DNA of 64,000 bases from an uncultured Chloroflexia bacterium (lineage in GTDB: Bacteria > Chloroflexota > Limnocylindria > Limnocylindrales > CSP1-4). Location: NCBI GenBank assembly GCA_963720825.1, contig CAVRGY010000009.1, forward strand, positions 155,665-219,664, in the 5' to 3' direction. This document shows, in pieces, positions 38,069 through 47,477 of this stretch. The notes beneath the pieces are model-generated. The model did not search any database. It was not told where the DNA came from and was given only the letters and a program-made list of their open reading frames with translations. Positions within the stretch are counted from its first letter, which is position 1, and each line of letters opens with the position of its first letter. A program made the translations under genes and the position numbers.

Positions 38069-40409
38069 CTACCCGCTCTTGCCGATCAGCTGCCGCAGGG
38101 CCGCCTGGTCCGGGGCGACCAGCTCGGCGATCCGCTCACGGCTCACCTCGGCGACGATGACCTCGCCCACCTCGGTGTTGACCTCGCGGAAGATGCCCAG
38201 CTCCTGCATCCGGGCCGTCTGGATCGCGTTGTCCTCGGTCGGGCTGACGTAGTGGACCGACTCCGCGCGGTAGCGGTGGATCAGGTACAGGTGCGCGAGC
38301 GTCATCAGCCGCCGGCGCCGGAGTGAGGGATCGAACGTGTTCTGGTCGCGGACGGACAGGATGCTCCGGCCGCGGCGATCGCGGATGGGAGCGAACACGA
38401 TGCCGGCCAGCTTGCGGTCACCGGCGCCCAGCAGGGCGAGCTCGAGGAGCTCCGACCCCGCCCGGTGCGGCAGCAGCCGGACCCGTGGCGCCGGCTCGAA
38501 CCCGTTGTGCTCCGCCCACAGTCGCCAGCCACTGCTCGAGCAGGCGCTTGGGGACCTCCGTCTGCTGCGTGTGCTGATGCTGGGTCGAGCCCTTGCCCAT
38601 CGCCATCGTGGTGGCCGTCCGGCCCGATGACGCGACCAGCGCGGCATCCAGGCGCGGGCCACCGACCAGCGTCTGCGGCGTGCGGTACGGCGACTCGACG
38701 AGGCGGATCTTCCGCTGGAGCCGGGCGAGCGCGAGCATCCCGTCCTGCTGGAGCGCGGTCGCGAACTCCTCCGCCGCGACACCGTCGACCTGGTGTCCGC
38801 CGTAGGTGATGAAGTTGAACACGAACCCGAGCTTGCCCAGCTCCTCGGGGAACGCCCGCATCTCGTCGTCGCTCATGCCGGTCGAGTCCCAGTTGAACGA
38901 CGGCGACAGGTTGTACGCGAGCATCTGGTCCGGGTGCACGGCATGGATCGCATCGGCGAACTGCCGGGCGTCGGCGAGATCGGCGGTCTTGGTCTCCATC
39001 CACAGGATGTCGGCGAACGGCGCGACCGCGAGCGACTTGGCGATGGCATACGGGATGCCGCCCGCGACCTGGTAGTAGCCCTCCGGGGTCGTGGCTCGCT
39101 CGCAGTCCCAGTCGACCTCCAGCCCGAGCTCGGCCGCGCGCGCCCGCGCGACCGCATGCGACGCGCCCCGCGCAAAGGCCAGCCATGCCTCGCGGGTCAT
39201 CCGCGACGACGTCTCTCCGCCCTCTGTGTCCCGTTCGTGGTCAGGATCGTCCTCGCCTTCGCGCGCCTCCAGCGCACGCTCCTCGATCAGGTCCGCGACC
39301 GCATCGGCGTACGTCGCCAGGCCGGCGTCCTCCTCCCAGGCCGCGAGGAACTGCTCGGCCGCCCGGTCGAACGTCGCGTCGAGATCGGCACCGCCCGCGA
39401 TCTCGGCGCTCGCCGCGCGCACGACGTCCGCGATCCCGGTGCGGTCCAGCCAGGCGTCGGCAGCGCGGTACTCGCGATCATCGATCGCATACAGCCGGTG
39501 CCCGTTGAGCTCCTCCACGCCGGCCTCGTGGAAGCGCCGGAGCAGGGCGAGGAAGGCGACCTTGTACGAGGGCACCGCGAGGTTCGTGACGCCCAGGATG
39601 AACGGCTGGTCGCGCTCGTCACCGCGAGACTCGAGCAGGTTGGCGGACTCGGCGTCGGTCCGGGCCACGATGATCCCGGGCACGCCCATCACGTCCAGCT
39701 GGAAGCGCGCGGCATTGAGGCGCTTGATCTGCTCGTTGCACGACACCAGCACCTTGCCGCCCTGGTGTCCGCACTTCTTGGTGCCCGGCCGCTGATCCTC
39801 GATGTGGTAGCCGGGCACGCCCGCCTCGACGAACCGCCGGATCAGGTTGCGAACGTGGGGGTCGCCGCCGTGGCCCGTGTCGGCGTCAGCGATGATGAAC
39901 GGGCGGTAGTCCGCCGCCGGGGTCGCGGCGCGCTGCTCGGGCGTCATGCGCGAGCGCAGGAAGTGCTGGTTCCGATCGGCGGTCAGCAGCGCCCGGACCA
40001 GGCCCGCCGCCTCGTCCGGGACCTGGGACAGCGGATAGCTGGCGAGATCGGGCCCCGGGTCCTCGGTTGCCGATCCCTTGGCCGAGGTCGCCCAGCCGCC
40101 GAGGTAGATCCCCTCGATCCCGAGCCGTTTCGCGACCACGGCCTGGCCGGGTGAGTAGGGGCCGAACGTCGTGATGGACCGCCGCTGCTCGAACAGCTCG
40201 CGCAACCGCGCGTGAAACGCCGTCGCCGCGTCCCGGGCGACCGTGTGGTCGGAGGCGATCGTGCCTCGCTGCTCCGCGACCTGGCGGGCGGAGTGCAGGC
40301 GCGTGATGCCGGCGAAGCGGGGGCCGGTCAGCCAGTCCCGGACCTCGGCGATGGCCGGGTCGGGGCGCTGGGCCGGGCCTCCCGCTGCCGGGGGCGGTGT
40401 TGCGAGCAT
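38069..40409 (-). CDS. aceA: isocitrate lyase, long (ICL2/AceA-type) form with C-terminal regulatory domain, one frame break near 38522
   Basis: It carries '[10 protein letters not shown]', the catalytic loop '[12 protein letters not shown]', and 'WMETKTADL'. After the break, the ICL2-specific C-domain '[53 protein letters not shown]' is in ORF 38069..38782. Confidence 0.85.
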
Positions 40410-40424
40410 GGGGCCGTGGCTCGA

Positions 40425-40616
40425 TCAGTCGATTTCGTGGTCGCGGATGCAGTCGATGGGACAGGTGCACTCGGCAGCTTCGGGCTCCGACGGAGGCGCC
40501 GGCGGCCACGTGAGCTGGGTCCCGATGGCAGCCCAGGTCACGACCCATTCGGGCGGCGGGGTGCGCTGCACGAGCAGGTCGATGGGAAAGGCGTTGGGTT
40601 CGAAAAGGTGGGTCAT
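40425..40616 (-). CDS. small hypothetical protein (63 aa) with C-terminal 'CTCPIDC' motif
   Basis: ATG 40616 has AGGAGG 6 nt upstream. The stop is 15 nt before the icl start. I recognise no family. Confidence 0.5.
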   Translation of the reverse strand: MTHLFEPNAFPIDLLVQRTPPPEWVVTWAAIGTQLTWPPAPPSEPEAAECTCPIDCIRDHEID

Positions 40617-40680
40617 GATCGGCCCTCCTGTGGGGTTGGAACCACATCCTGGGGGAGGCACTGGTATCAGTCAAATCACT

Positions 40681-40700
40681 TGATATGATCAGACATATCA
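40681..40700. promoter_or_regulatory. perfect inverted repeat, candidate LysR-type operator
   Basis: 'TGATATG-atcaga-CATATCA' lies in an AT-rich patch of the divergent intergenic region. It is 27 nt upstream of the lysR ATG and contains T-N11-A spacing. Confidence 0.5.
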
Positions 40701-40726
40701 TTTGCATTGATGATCGAGGGTCAGCC

Positions 40727-41645
40727 ATGCTCATCGCCCAGGTGGAAGGCTTCCTCGAGATCGCCCGCCAGCGGAACCTGAGTCGTGCCGCATCTGCGCT
40801 CCACGTCACCCAGCCGGCGCTGACGGCGCGCATCAGGCTGCTCGAGGAGGAGCTGGGCACGCCGCTGTTCGAGCGGTCAAGTCGTGGAATGCAGCTCACG
40901 CACGCCGGTCGGGCGTTCCTGCCACACGCGGAGCGGGCGATCCGGGCGCTCGAGGCCGGGCGGGACCTGGTGGCGGAGCACGCCCAGGGGACCGCGGGCC
41001 AGCTCACGATCGGGACGGCCCCGGCGGTCGGCGCCTATGTCCTGCCCGGCATCCTTGCGCGCTTCGTCCGGCGGTTCAGCGGGGTGCGGCTGGTCGTCCG
41101 GACCGGCCACTCGGAGGAGATCGCCGATTCTGTCGCGCGCGACGAGCTTGACATCGGCCTCATCCGCGAGCTCGTCCGGCCGGGTGTCACCGTCAGGCTG
41201 CTGTACGAGGACGAGCTCATCCTCGTGGTCCCTGCTCACCATCCGCTCGCCCGTGTCGACGCGACCGGCGTCGGGCAGCTCGCCGACTCCACGCTCATCC
41301 TGTTCGACCGCACCTCGAGCTACTACGGCCTCACCAATGCGATCTTCCGGGCTGCCGGCGTCGCGCCCCGAAGCGTGATCGAGCTGGACAACATCGAGGC
41401 CGCCAAGCACATGGTCAGGCAGGGCCTGGGGATCGCCCTCCTGCCGCATACGGCGATCGCCGGCGATCTCGCGCGTGGTGACCTGCGAGCCGTGGACCTC
41501 GTGGGCGTCGCGCCGACGCGGCGGCGGATCGTGGCTGTCCATCGGGGTGCGGCTGGTTCACGTTCGCCGGCGCTCGCAGGGCTTCCTGGACGTGCTCGAC
41601 GAGATCGACGAGATCCTGCCCACCCGGGGGGCGATCCTCGCCTGA
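40727..41645 (+). CDS. LysR-family transcriptional regulator, one frame break near 41580
   Basis: The HTH region reads 'MLIAQVEGFLEIARQRNLSRAASALHVTQPALTARIRLLEEELG'. The C-terminus 'GFLDVLDEIDEILPTRGAILA*' is in another frame after a 'caggg' run. Confidence 0.8.
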
Positions 41646-41666
41646 TCGGATCGTCACGCCATGGCT

Positions 41667-43289
41667 TCAGGGAGCCGACCCGGCACCATGCGTGTCGCGC
41701 AGCGGGATCTCGCGCAGCAGCAGCGTGGCCGCCAGCGCCAGCACGGTCGCGCCCACGCCCAGCCACAGGCTGTTCGCGATCGCGATCGTCATCGCGCTGT
41801 GGAACCCCTCGACGAACATCGGCTGCACCTGTGCCGGCAGGCTGCCCAGGAACTGGGCCATGCCGGCGGCACCGGCGGGGTTCGTCAGGCCGCCCAGGTC
41901 GAAGCCGGGCGGCGTCGTCGCCGGCACGACCGCGGCCGGCGCGCCCGCCGTGACGATCTCGCCCCGGAGCAGGTCCCAGGTGAGGTTGTTCCGGAACAGC
42001 GTGAACGCCATCGTGATGCCCACCGTCGTCCCGATCTGCCGGAACAGGGTCAGGTCGCTGGTCGCCGCGCCCAGCTCCTGGAACGGCACCGAGTTCTGGA
42101 CGACGATCGTGAACACCGCGAACGTGGGTCCGACGCCCAGGCCGGCGACGAACATCCAGCCCCACAGCGCATAGTCGGACGTGCCGGCGCGCAGCTGCGT
42201 CATCAGCGCGAGGCCGATGCCCAGCAGCACCATGCTCACCACGAGCACGTTGCGGTAGCGACCCCGGCGGGCGACGATCTGGCCGGACGCGATCGAGGCG
42301 AAGATCAGGCCGATCAGGAATGGCAGCAGCTTGTAGCCCGACTCGGTGGCGCTGGCGCCCTCGACGACCTGGTAGTAGAGCGGCAGGAAGATGATCGCGG
42401 CCCCGAACCCGAACGTGGCCAGGAAGATCGCCACCATCGACGCCGAGAAGGTGCGGCTCCGGAACAGGTGCAGCGGCACGATTGGCTCCGCTGCCCTGGA
42501 CTCGGCGAGCACGAAGGCAGCCAGTCCCACGACACCGAGGGCGAACAGCCCCCAGATCCACGGGTTGCCCCAGTTGCCGTCCTCGGCGATCGTGAGCGCG
42601 ATGAGGATCGGCACCAGGCCCACGATGATGCTGGCCACGCCGAGGTAGTCGATGGCCGGCCGCGCGCCTTCCTTGCGGATGGTCGGCAGCAGGCGGGCGA
42701 TGACGGCCAGGGCCACGATCCCGATCGGGATGTTGACGTAGAAGATCCAGTGCCAGCTGAAGGAGTCGGTGAGGAACCCGCCGAGGCCGGGGCCGAGCAG
42801 GAACGCCAGGCCGAACATGGCACCGAACAGGCCCTGGTACTTGCCGCGCTCGGCCGGCGTGAACAGGTCGCCGATGACCGCCAGCGCGATCGGGAACAAC
42901 GCGCCCGCACCCAGGCCCTGGATGCCGCGGAACAGGATCAGCTGCCACATCTCCTGGCTCAGGCCGGACAGCGCGGAGCCGACCAGGAAGATCACGATCC
43001 CGATCATCAGCAGCGGCCGGCGGCCGTACAGGTCGGACAGCTTGCCGTAGATGGGCACGCTCACGGTGCTGGTCAGCAGGTAGGCCGTCACCACCCAGGC
43101 GTAGTAGTCGGCACCCTGGAGATCGCCGACGATCCTGGGCAGGACCGGACCGACGATGGTCTGGTCGAGGGCGCCCAGGAACATCCCGAGCAGGATGGCG
43201 GCCAGGATCTCGAACTTCGTCCGTCGAGCGAGCCCCAGCGCCGGGTCGTGGGCGAGATCCGGGGTCTCCGGCCCGTCCGCAAGCGGCAT
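41667..43289 (-). CDS. MFS transporter, DHA2 (EmrB/QacA, 14-TMS) family
   Basis: Starts at ATG 43289. It carries 'LDQTIVGPVLPRI', 'GKLSDLYGRRP' and 'FRGIQGLGAGAL'. The ORF is intact. Confidence 0.85.
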   Translation of the reverse strand: MPLADGPETPDLAHDPALGLARRTKFEILAAILLGMFLGALDQTIVGPVLPRIVGDLQGADYYAWVVTAYLLTSTVSVPIYGKLSDLYGRRPLLMIGIVIFLVGSALSGLSQEMWQLILFRGIQGLGAGALFPIALAVIGDLFTPAERGKYQGLFGAMFGLAFLLGPGLGGFLTDSFSWHWIFYVNIPIGIVALAVIARLLPTIRKEGARPAIDYLGVASIIVGLVPILIALTIAEDGNWGNPWIWGLFALGVVGLAAFVLAESRAAEPIVPLHLFRSRTFSASMVAIFLATFGFGAAIIFLPLYYQVVEGASATESGYKLLPFLIGLIFASIASGQIVARRGRYRNVLVVSMVLLGIGLALMTQLRAGTSDYALWGWMFVAGLGVGPTFAVFTIVVQNSVPFQELGAATSDLTLFRQIGTTVGITMAFTLFRNNLTWDLLRGEIVTAGAPAAVVPATTPPGFDLGGLTNPAGAAGMAQFLGSLPAQVQPMFVEGFHSAMTIAIANSLWLGVGATVLALAATLLLREIPLRDTHGAGSAP

Positions 43290-43458
43290 GGATTCCAAGG
43301 GAGCGAGGTCCTTTCGTTCAGACGCGGGCACGGCCGTCGTCAGGGGACGCAGCGGCCGCGTGGGCAGGGGCGCGGCCAGCCCCGTGGTCAGGGTGAGGAT
43401 GGCCACCATCGATGGCGGTCGTCAAGCGGGGTCGGCCTGGTCCGCCGCCGTGATCGAG

Positions 43459-43490
43459 GTCCGAAGGCGCTTGAGTATACGTCCGAAGGC
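43459..43490. repeat. 10-bp direct repeat pair, 22-bp period
   Basis: 'GTCCGAAGGC' occurs at 43459-43468 and 43481-43490 with the AT-rich spacer 'gcttgagtatac'. The site lies between the MFS start and the stop of the upstream oxidoreductase. Confidence 0.4.
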
Positions 43491-43509
43491 TCGCCCGGGC
43501 TCGCCGGTG

Positions 43510-46023
43510 TTAGCTGTGCAGCCGCTCGTTGGCCGGGTCGAACAGGGGTGTCGCGCCCGCGACGGCGACGGTCACCGGGTAGCGCTCGCCCATGTACTGC
43601 ACTGCGAGCCTGGTGCCCCTGACCGCGAGCTCCACCGGCAGGTAGGCCATCAGGAGGTGCCTGCCGACCGACGGCCCGGCGCCCGCGCTGGTCACGTACG
43701 AGCGGCGACCGCGGGCGTCGGTGATCGGCCGGCCATCGGGCGTCAGGATGGGCTCGCGGCCGAGCATGTAGCGCCGGGTGCCGTCGCTCGAGGTGTGGTC
43801 GTCGACGGTGAGCGTGCACAGCAGCGAGACGGGAGGCTCGGCGCGCTGCCGGAGGTACGCATCCCGGCCCACGAACTCGGCGCGCTTCACGCTGGGACGG
43901 GCGAGGCCGGCCTCGACGAGCGTGTGGTCGAGATCGAGCTCCGCGCCATACGCGCGATAGCCCTTCTCGAGCCGCGCGCTGGAGAAGATCACGGACATCC
44001 CGGCGGCGATGGCCCCCAACGGCCGGCCGGCCTCCCACAGCGTGTCCCACAGGTGGCCGCCCAGCTCGATCGGCGCGAACAGCTCCCAGCCCAGCTCGCC
44101 GACGTACGACAGCCGGTTGGCGAGGACGGCGACGCCATCGATGTCGAGCGGCCGGCAGGTGGCGAACGGGAACGCCTCGTTGGACAGGTCGGCGCGGGTC
44201 ACCGTCGACAGGATGTCGCGCGCGCGAGGCCCCCACAGCCCGATCGTGGTCCAGGCCGACGTCACGTCGGTGAGCTGCGCGGTCCCGTCGTCCGGGAGGT
44301 GGTCGGTGAACCACTTCTTGTCGCGCATGCCCATGCCGCCACCGGTCACGACCCGGTACAGGTCGCGCCCCACGTGCATGACCGTGAGGTCCGCGACGAT
44401 CCCGCCGTTGTCATCGAGCAGCGGCGTGTAGACCGTCCGGCCGATCGGCGCCTCGATCCGGTTGACGCACAGGCCCTCCAGGAACGCGAGCGCTCCGGGT
44501 CCGCTGATGTCGAACATCGCGAACGTGGTGAGGTCGATGAGCGCGGCGCGGTCGCGCATCGCGAGATGCTCGGCGGCGGTGACCGGCGACCACCAGCGCG
44601 CGTCCCATTCGGCCGGCCGATCCGTCACCCGGTCGCCGTACCCGGCGACGAGCGGCGCATTGGAGGCGTACCACATCGGGCACTCCCAGCCGGCGACCTC
44701 GAACATCACCGCGTCCAGCGCCAGCTCGCGGTCGTACATCGGGGGCACCCGGATGCCGCGGTCCGAGGCCCACTGCTCTGACGGGTGGACGATGCCGTAG
44801 AACTTGTTGAACGCCTCGTTGACGCGAGCCGTGGCGTGGGTCCACGTCCGCTGATGCGGGTAGAAGCGGGCGATGTCGGCGGCGTGGAGGTCGATCTCGA
44901 GCGGCAGGCCGCTCATCCGGCGGGCGATGTTCTCGGTGATCGCGGGCGCCTCCTTGATCCATACCGCCGCCACCGACCACAGCCCCGCCACCTCGGGCGA
45001 CTCGCCCAGGACCGGGCTCCAGTCGGGCGTGACCGAGAGCAGGCCGTTGATCGCGTACTGCTCGCCGACCCGCTCGTCGCCCAGGATCTCGGGGATCAGC
45101 TCCAGGGCGTCCTCGTACTGCGGCTCGAAGTCCTCCTTGGTGAACGGCAGCTCGGTGGGCGACAGGACCGAGTCCTCGATCGACGGGATCTCGTCGGGGT
45201 GGAGCAGGATCGGCCGGTGGGCGTAGGAGCCGATCTCGAGCTGGCTGCCGTTCGGCCGCTCGTACATCAGGCTGTCCATGTCGCGCAGGATCGGGTAGGC
45301 CTGCTCTCCGCGAACATCGGCGAACCGCGGCACCGGGCCAACGCTGACGAACTGGTGGACGGTCGGGACGAGCGGGATATGGGCGCCGGCCATCTCCGCG
45401 ATCCGGGGACTCCAGACGCCACAGGCGACGACGATCGTATCGGTCTCGATCGTGCCGGCCGTGGTCCGCACGGCTGCGACCCGGCCGTCGACGACGTCGA
45501 TGCCGGTGACCTCGGTGCGGGCCATGATCGACAGGGCGCCCATGTCCACGGCCGCCTCGCGCATCAGCGTGCCGGCGCGGACCGAGTCCACGACCCCCGC
45601 GCTGGGCGTGTACCAGCCGCCCAGGATCACGGTCTCGTCGAGATACGGGATGATCGCCTTGACCTCGGCCGGGGTCTTCAGCTCCGACTCGATCCCCCAC
45701 GACGTGGCGAGGCCCTGGCGGCGCGCCAGCTCGGCCATCCGCTCCGGCGTCCGGGCGACCTCCATGCCGCCGCACCGGGTGAACACGCCCAGCTCGGTGA
45801 ACTGGCGGATCGACTCGACGGTGAGCGCCGATTCCTCCTTGGTGCCGTCGACGGGGAAGCAGAAGTTCGACGCATGCCCGGTGGATCCGCCCGGGTTCGG
45901 CAGCGGGCCCTTGTCCACCAGGACCATGTCTCGCCAGCCGAGTCTGGCGAGGTGCCAGGCCATGGCATTGCCGACGATCCCGGCGCCGATGATCACGGCC
46001 CTCGCGCGCGTGGTGCTGTCCAT
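43510..46023 (-). CDS. FAD-dependent oxidoreductase fused to GcvT-like folate-binding domain (dimethylglycine oxidase-like, paralogue A)
   Basis: Intact 837 aa. It carries 'AVIIGAGIVGNAMA', 'GGSTGHASNF' and a C-terminal aminomethyltransferase fold ('YVGELGWELF', 'RLEKGYRAYG'). Confidence 0.85.
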   Translation of the reverse strand: MDSTTRARAVIIGAGIVGNAMAWHLARLGWRDMVLVDKGPLPNPGGSTGHASNFCFPVDGTKEESALTVESIRQFTELGVFTRCGGMEVARTPERMAELARRQGLATSWGIESELKTPAEVKAIIPYLDETVILGGWYTPSAGVVDSVRAGTLMREAAVDMGALSIMARTEVTGIDVVDGRVAAVRTTAGTIETDTIVVACGVWSPRIAEMAGAHIPLVPTVHQFVSVGPVPRFADVRGEQAYPILRDMDSLMYERPNGSQLEIGSYAHRPILLHPDEIPSIEDSVLSPTELPFTKEDFEPQYEDALELIPEILGDERVGEQYAINGLLSVTPDWSPVLGESPEVAGLWSVAAVWIKEAPAITENIARRMSGLPLEIDLHAADIARFYPHQRTWTHATARVNEAFNKFYGIVHPSEQWASDRGIRVPPMYDRELALDAVMFEVAGWECPMWYASNAPLVAGYGDRVTDRPAEWDARWWSPVTAAEHLAMRDRAALIDLTTFAMFDISGPGALAFLEGLCVNRIEAPIGRTVYTPLLDDNGGIVADLTVMHVGRDLYRVVTGGGMGMRDKKWFTDHLPDDGTAQLTDVTSAWTTIGLWGPRARDILSTVTRADLSNEAFPFATCRPLDIDGVAVLANRLSYVGELGWELFAPIELGGHLWDTLWEAGRPLGAIAAGMSVIFSSARLEKGYRAYGAELDLDHTLVEAGLARPSVKRAEFVGRDAYLRQRAEPPVSLLCTLTVDDHTSSDGTRRYMLGREPILTPDGRPITDARGRRSYVTSAGAGPSVGRHLLMAYLPVELAVRGTRLAVQYMGERYPVTVAVAGATPLFDPANERLHS

Positions 46024-46196
46024 CCGTCGCCTGCCCTCGTCGACCCCGGGTCCGCGCCGGCCCGATGCTCGAGGCCCGGCCGGCGTCCGCCGACCTGCCC
46101 GGGGACCTACAGTATGGAGACCCTGCCGCCCGGGCCCGCCGTCCCATCCGACCCGCCCGAGAGGGGACCAACGTCATCGGTGCGAGGGTGTCTGCC

Positions 46197-47436
46197 ATGA
46201 AGGTCGCCGTCATCGGAACCGGGATCATCGGGCTGGCGACGGCGTACAGCCTCGCGAAGCGCGGCGCCGAGGTGGTGCTCGTCGGAGACCGCGCGCCGGG
46301 CAGCGGCGCGTCGAGCAACAACGCGGGCTGGGTGGTCCCGGCCGAGAGCGGACCGGTGCCGGCGTCCCGGCGTCGTGCTCCAGACGATGCGCTGGATGCT
46401 CCACGCCGACAGCCCGGTCTACGTCCGACCCGAGGCGAGCCCCGGCTTCGTCCGGTTCATGGCCGGGATGCTCCGCGCCTGCAATGCGACGGCGTACCGG
46501 CGCGCGTTCGAGGCGACCAGCCGGCTTGCCGCGGGGACGATGGACGAGCTCGACGCATGGGCCGCGGACGGCCTGGTGTTCGAGCTGCACGCGGACGGCG
46601 AGGTGCGCGCCTACCTCGACCCCGCCGAGCACCGCGCGGCGGCCGCGGACCTGGCGCCGTACGAGCAGGCCGGGTTCGAGCCGGCGTCGCTGACCGGCGA
46701 CGAGGCCCGGGCCACGGTCCCCGAGCTGTCCGATGCCGTGGTCGGGGCGATCCGCTTCCCGAACGAGCGCCATGTCCGACCGGCCACGGTCGTGAGCGCG
46801 CTCGTCGCCCGGCTCGGGGCGCTCGGCGCGGAGTGGGAGGACGGGGCGGTCACCGCGGCGTGGGCGCTGCCGTCGGGTGGTGCGGAGCTCCGCGGCGCCT
46901 TCGGCTCGGTGGTCGCGGATGCCGTGGTCATCGCCGCCGGCGCCTGGAGCGCCGGCATTGCCCGGCTGTTCGGCGTGCGGCTGCCCATCCGCCCGGGCAA
47001 GGGATACAGCGTCGACTACGTGCCGGCGCAGCTCGCGATGGGGCCCGTCGTCATGCTCTCGGAGGTCCACTGTGCCGTGACCCCGCTCGATGGCGCGACC
47101 CGGGTCGCGGGCACGATGGAGTTCGGCGGTCTGGACGAGCGGATCTCCCCGGTCCGCCTGCGCGCGATCCGTCTTGCCCCCGGCCGGTACCTCCGGTCCT
47201 GGGATCCGGATGCGCCGTCGCTCGCACCCAGCGCCGGGCTGCGACCCATGACCCCCGACGGCATCCCGGTCATCGGACGCCTGCGGCCGTACCAGCACGT
47301 GTACGTCGCGAGCGGGCACGCGATGCTCGGCCTCACCCTTGCGCCGCGGACCGGGGCCACACTCGCGTCGATGATCCTCGACGGCATCGAGCCCGATGTC
47401 CTCGCGCCGTTCAGCCCGCGACGGTTCCGCGCCTGA
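46197..47436 (+). CDS. D-amino-acid dehydrogenase-like FAD oxidoreductase, one frame break near 46365
   Basis: 'MKVAVIGTGIIGLATAYSLAKRG...SSNNAGWVVP' is followed by 'PGVVLQTMRWMLHADSPVYVRP...' in ORF 46375..47436. 'RPGKGYS' and 'GHAMLGLTLAP' are also present. Confidence 0.75.
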
Positions 47437-47477
47437 GGGGCGACGGGCGCGCCGCGAACCGGCCGGCCCGCCGACGC

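Noticed and set aside
40425-40616. The small ORF as a ferredoxin, because of its 'CPIDCI'-like ending.
   Set aside because: It has only three cysteines and no CxxCxxC or CxxGxxxC cluster motif in the N-terminal part. It is insufficient for a [3Fe-4S] or [4Fe-4S] ferredoxin call and is left as hypothetical.
40685-40726. The upstream ATG at 40685 as the LysR start ('MIRHIICIDDRGSA...').
   Set aside because: It would place the coding sequence over the AT-rich palindrome and add a non-homologous leader. LysR HTH domains begin at the 'MLIAQVEGFLEIA'-type N-terminus (ATG 40727).
46024-46196. A possible glycine riboswitch in the divergent region next to glycine-producing demethylases ('GGAGACCC...GAGAGGGGACC').
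   Set aside because: The conserved cores ('CACCGAAGGGGCAA', 'CTCAGGCAAAAGGAC'-like) are not present. The resemblance is limited to a GGAGA start.
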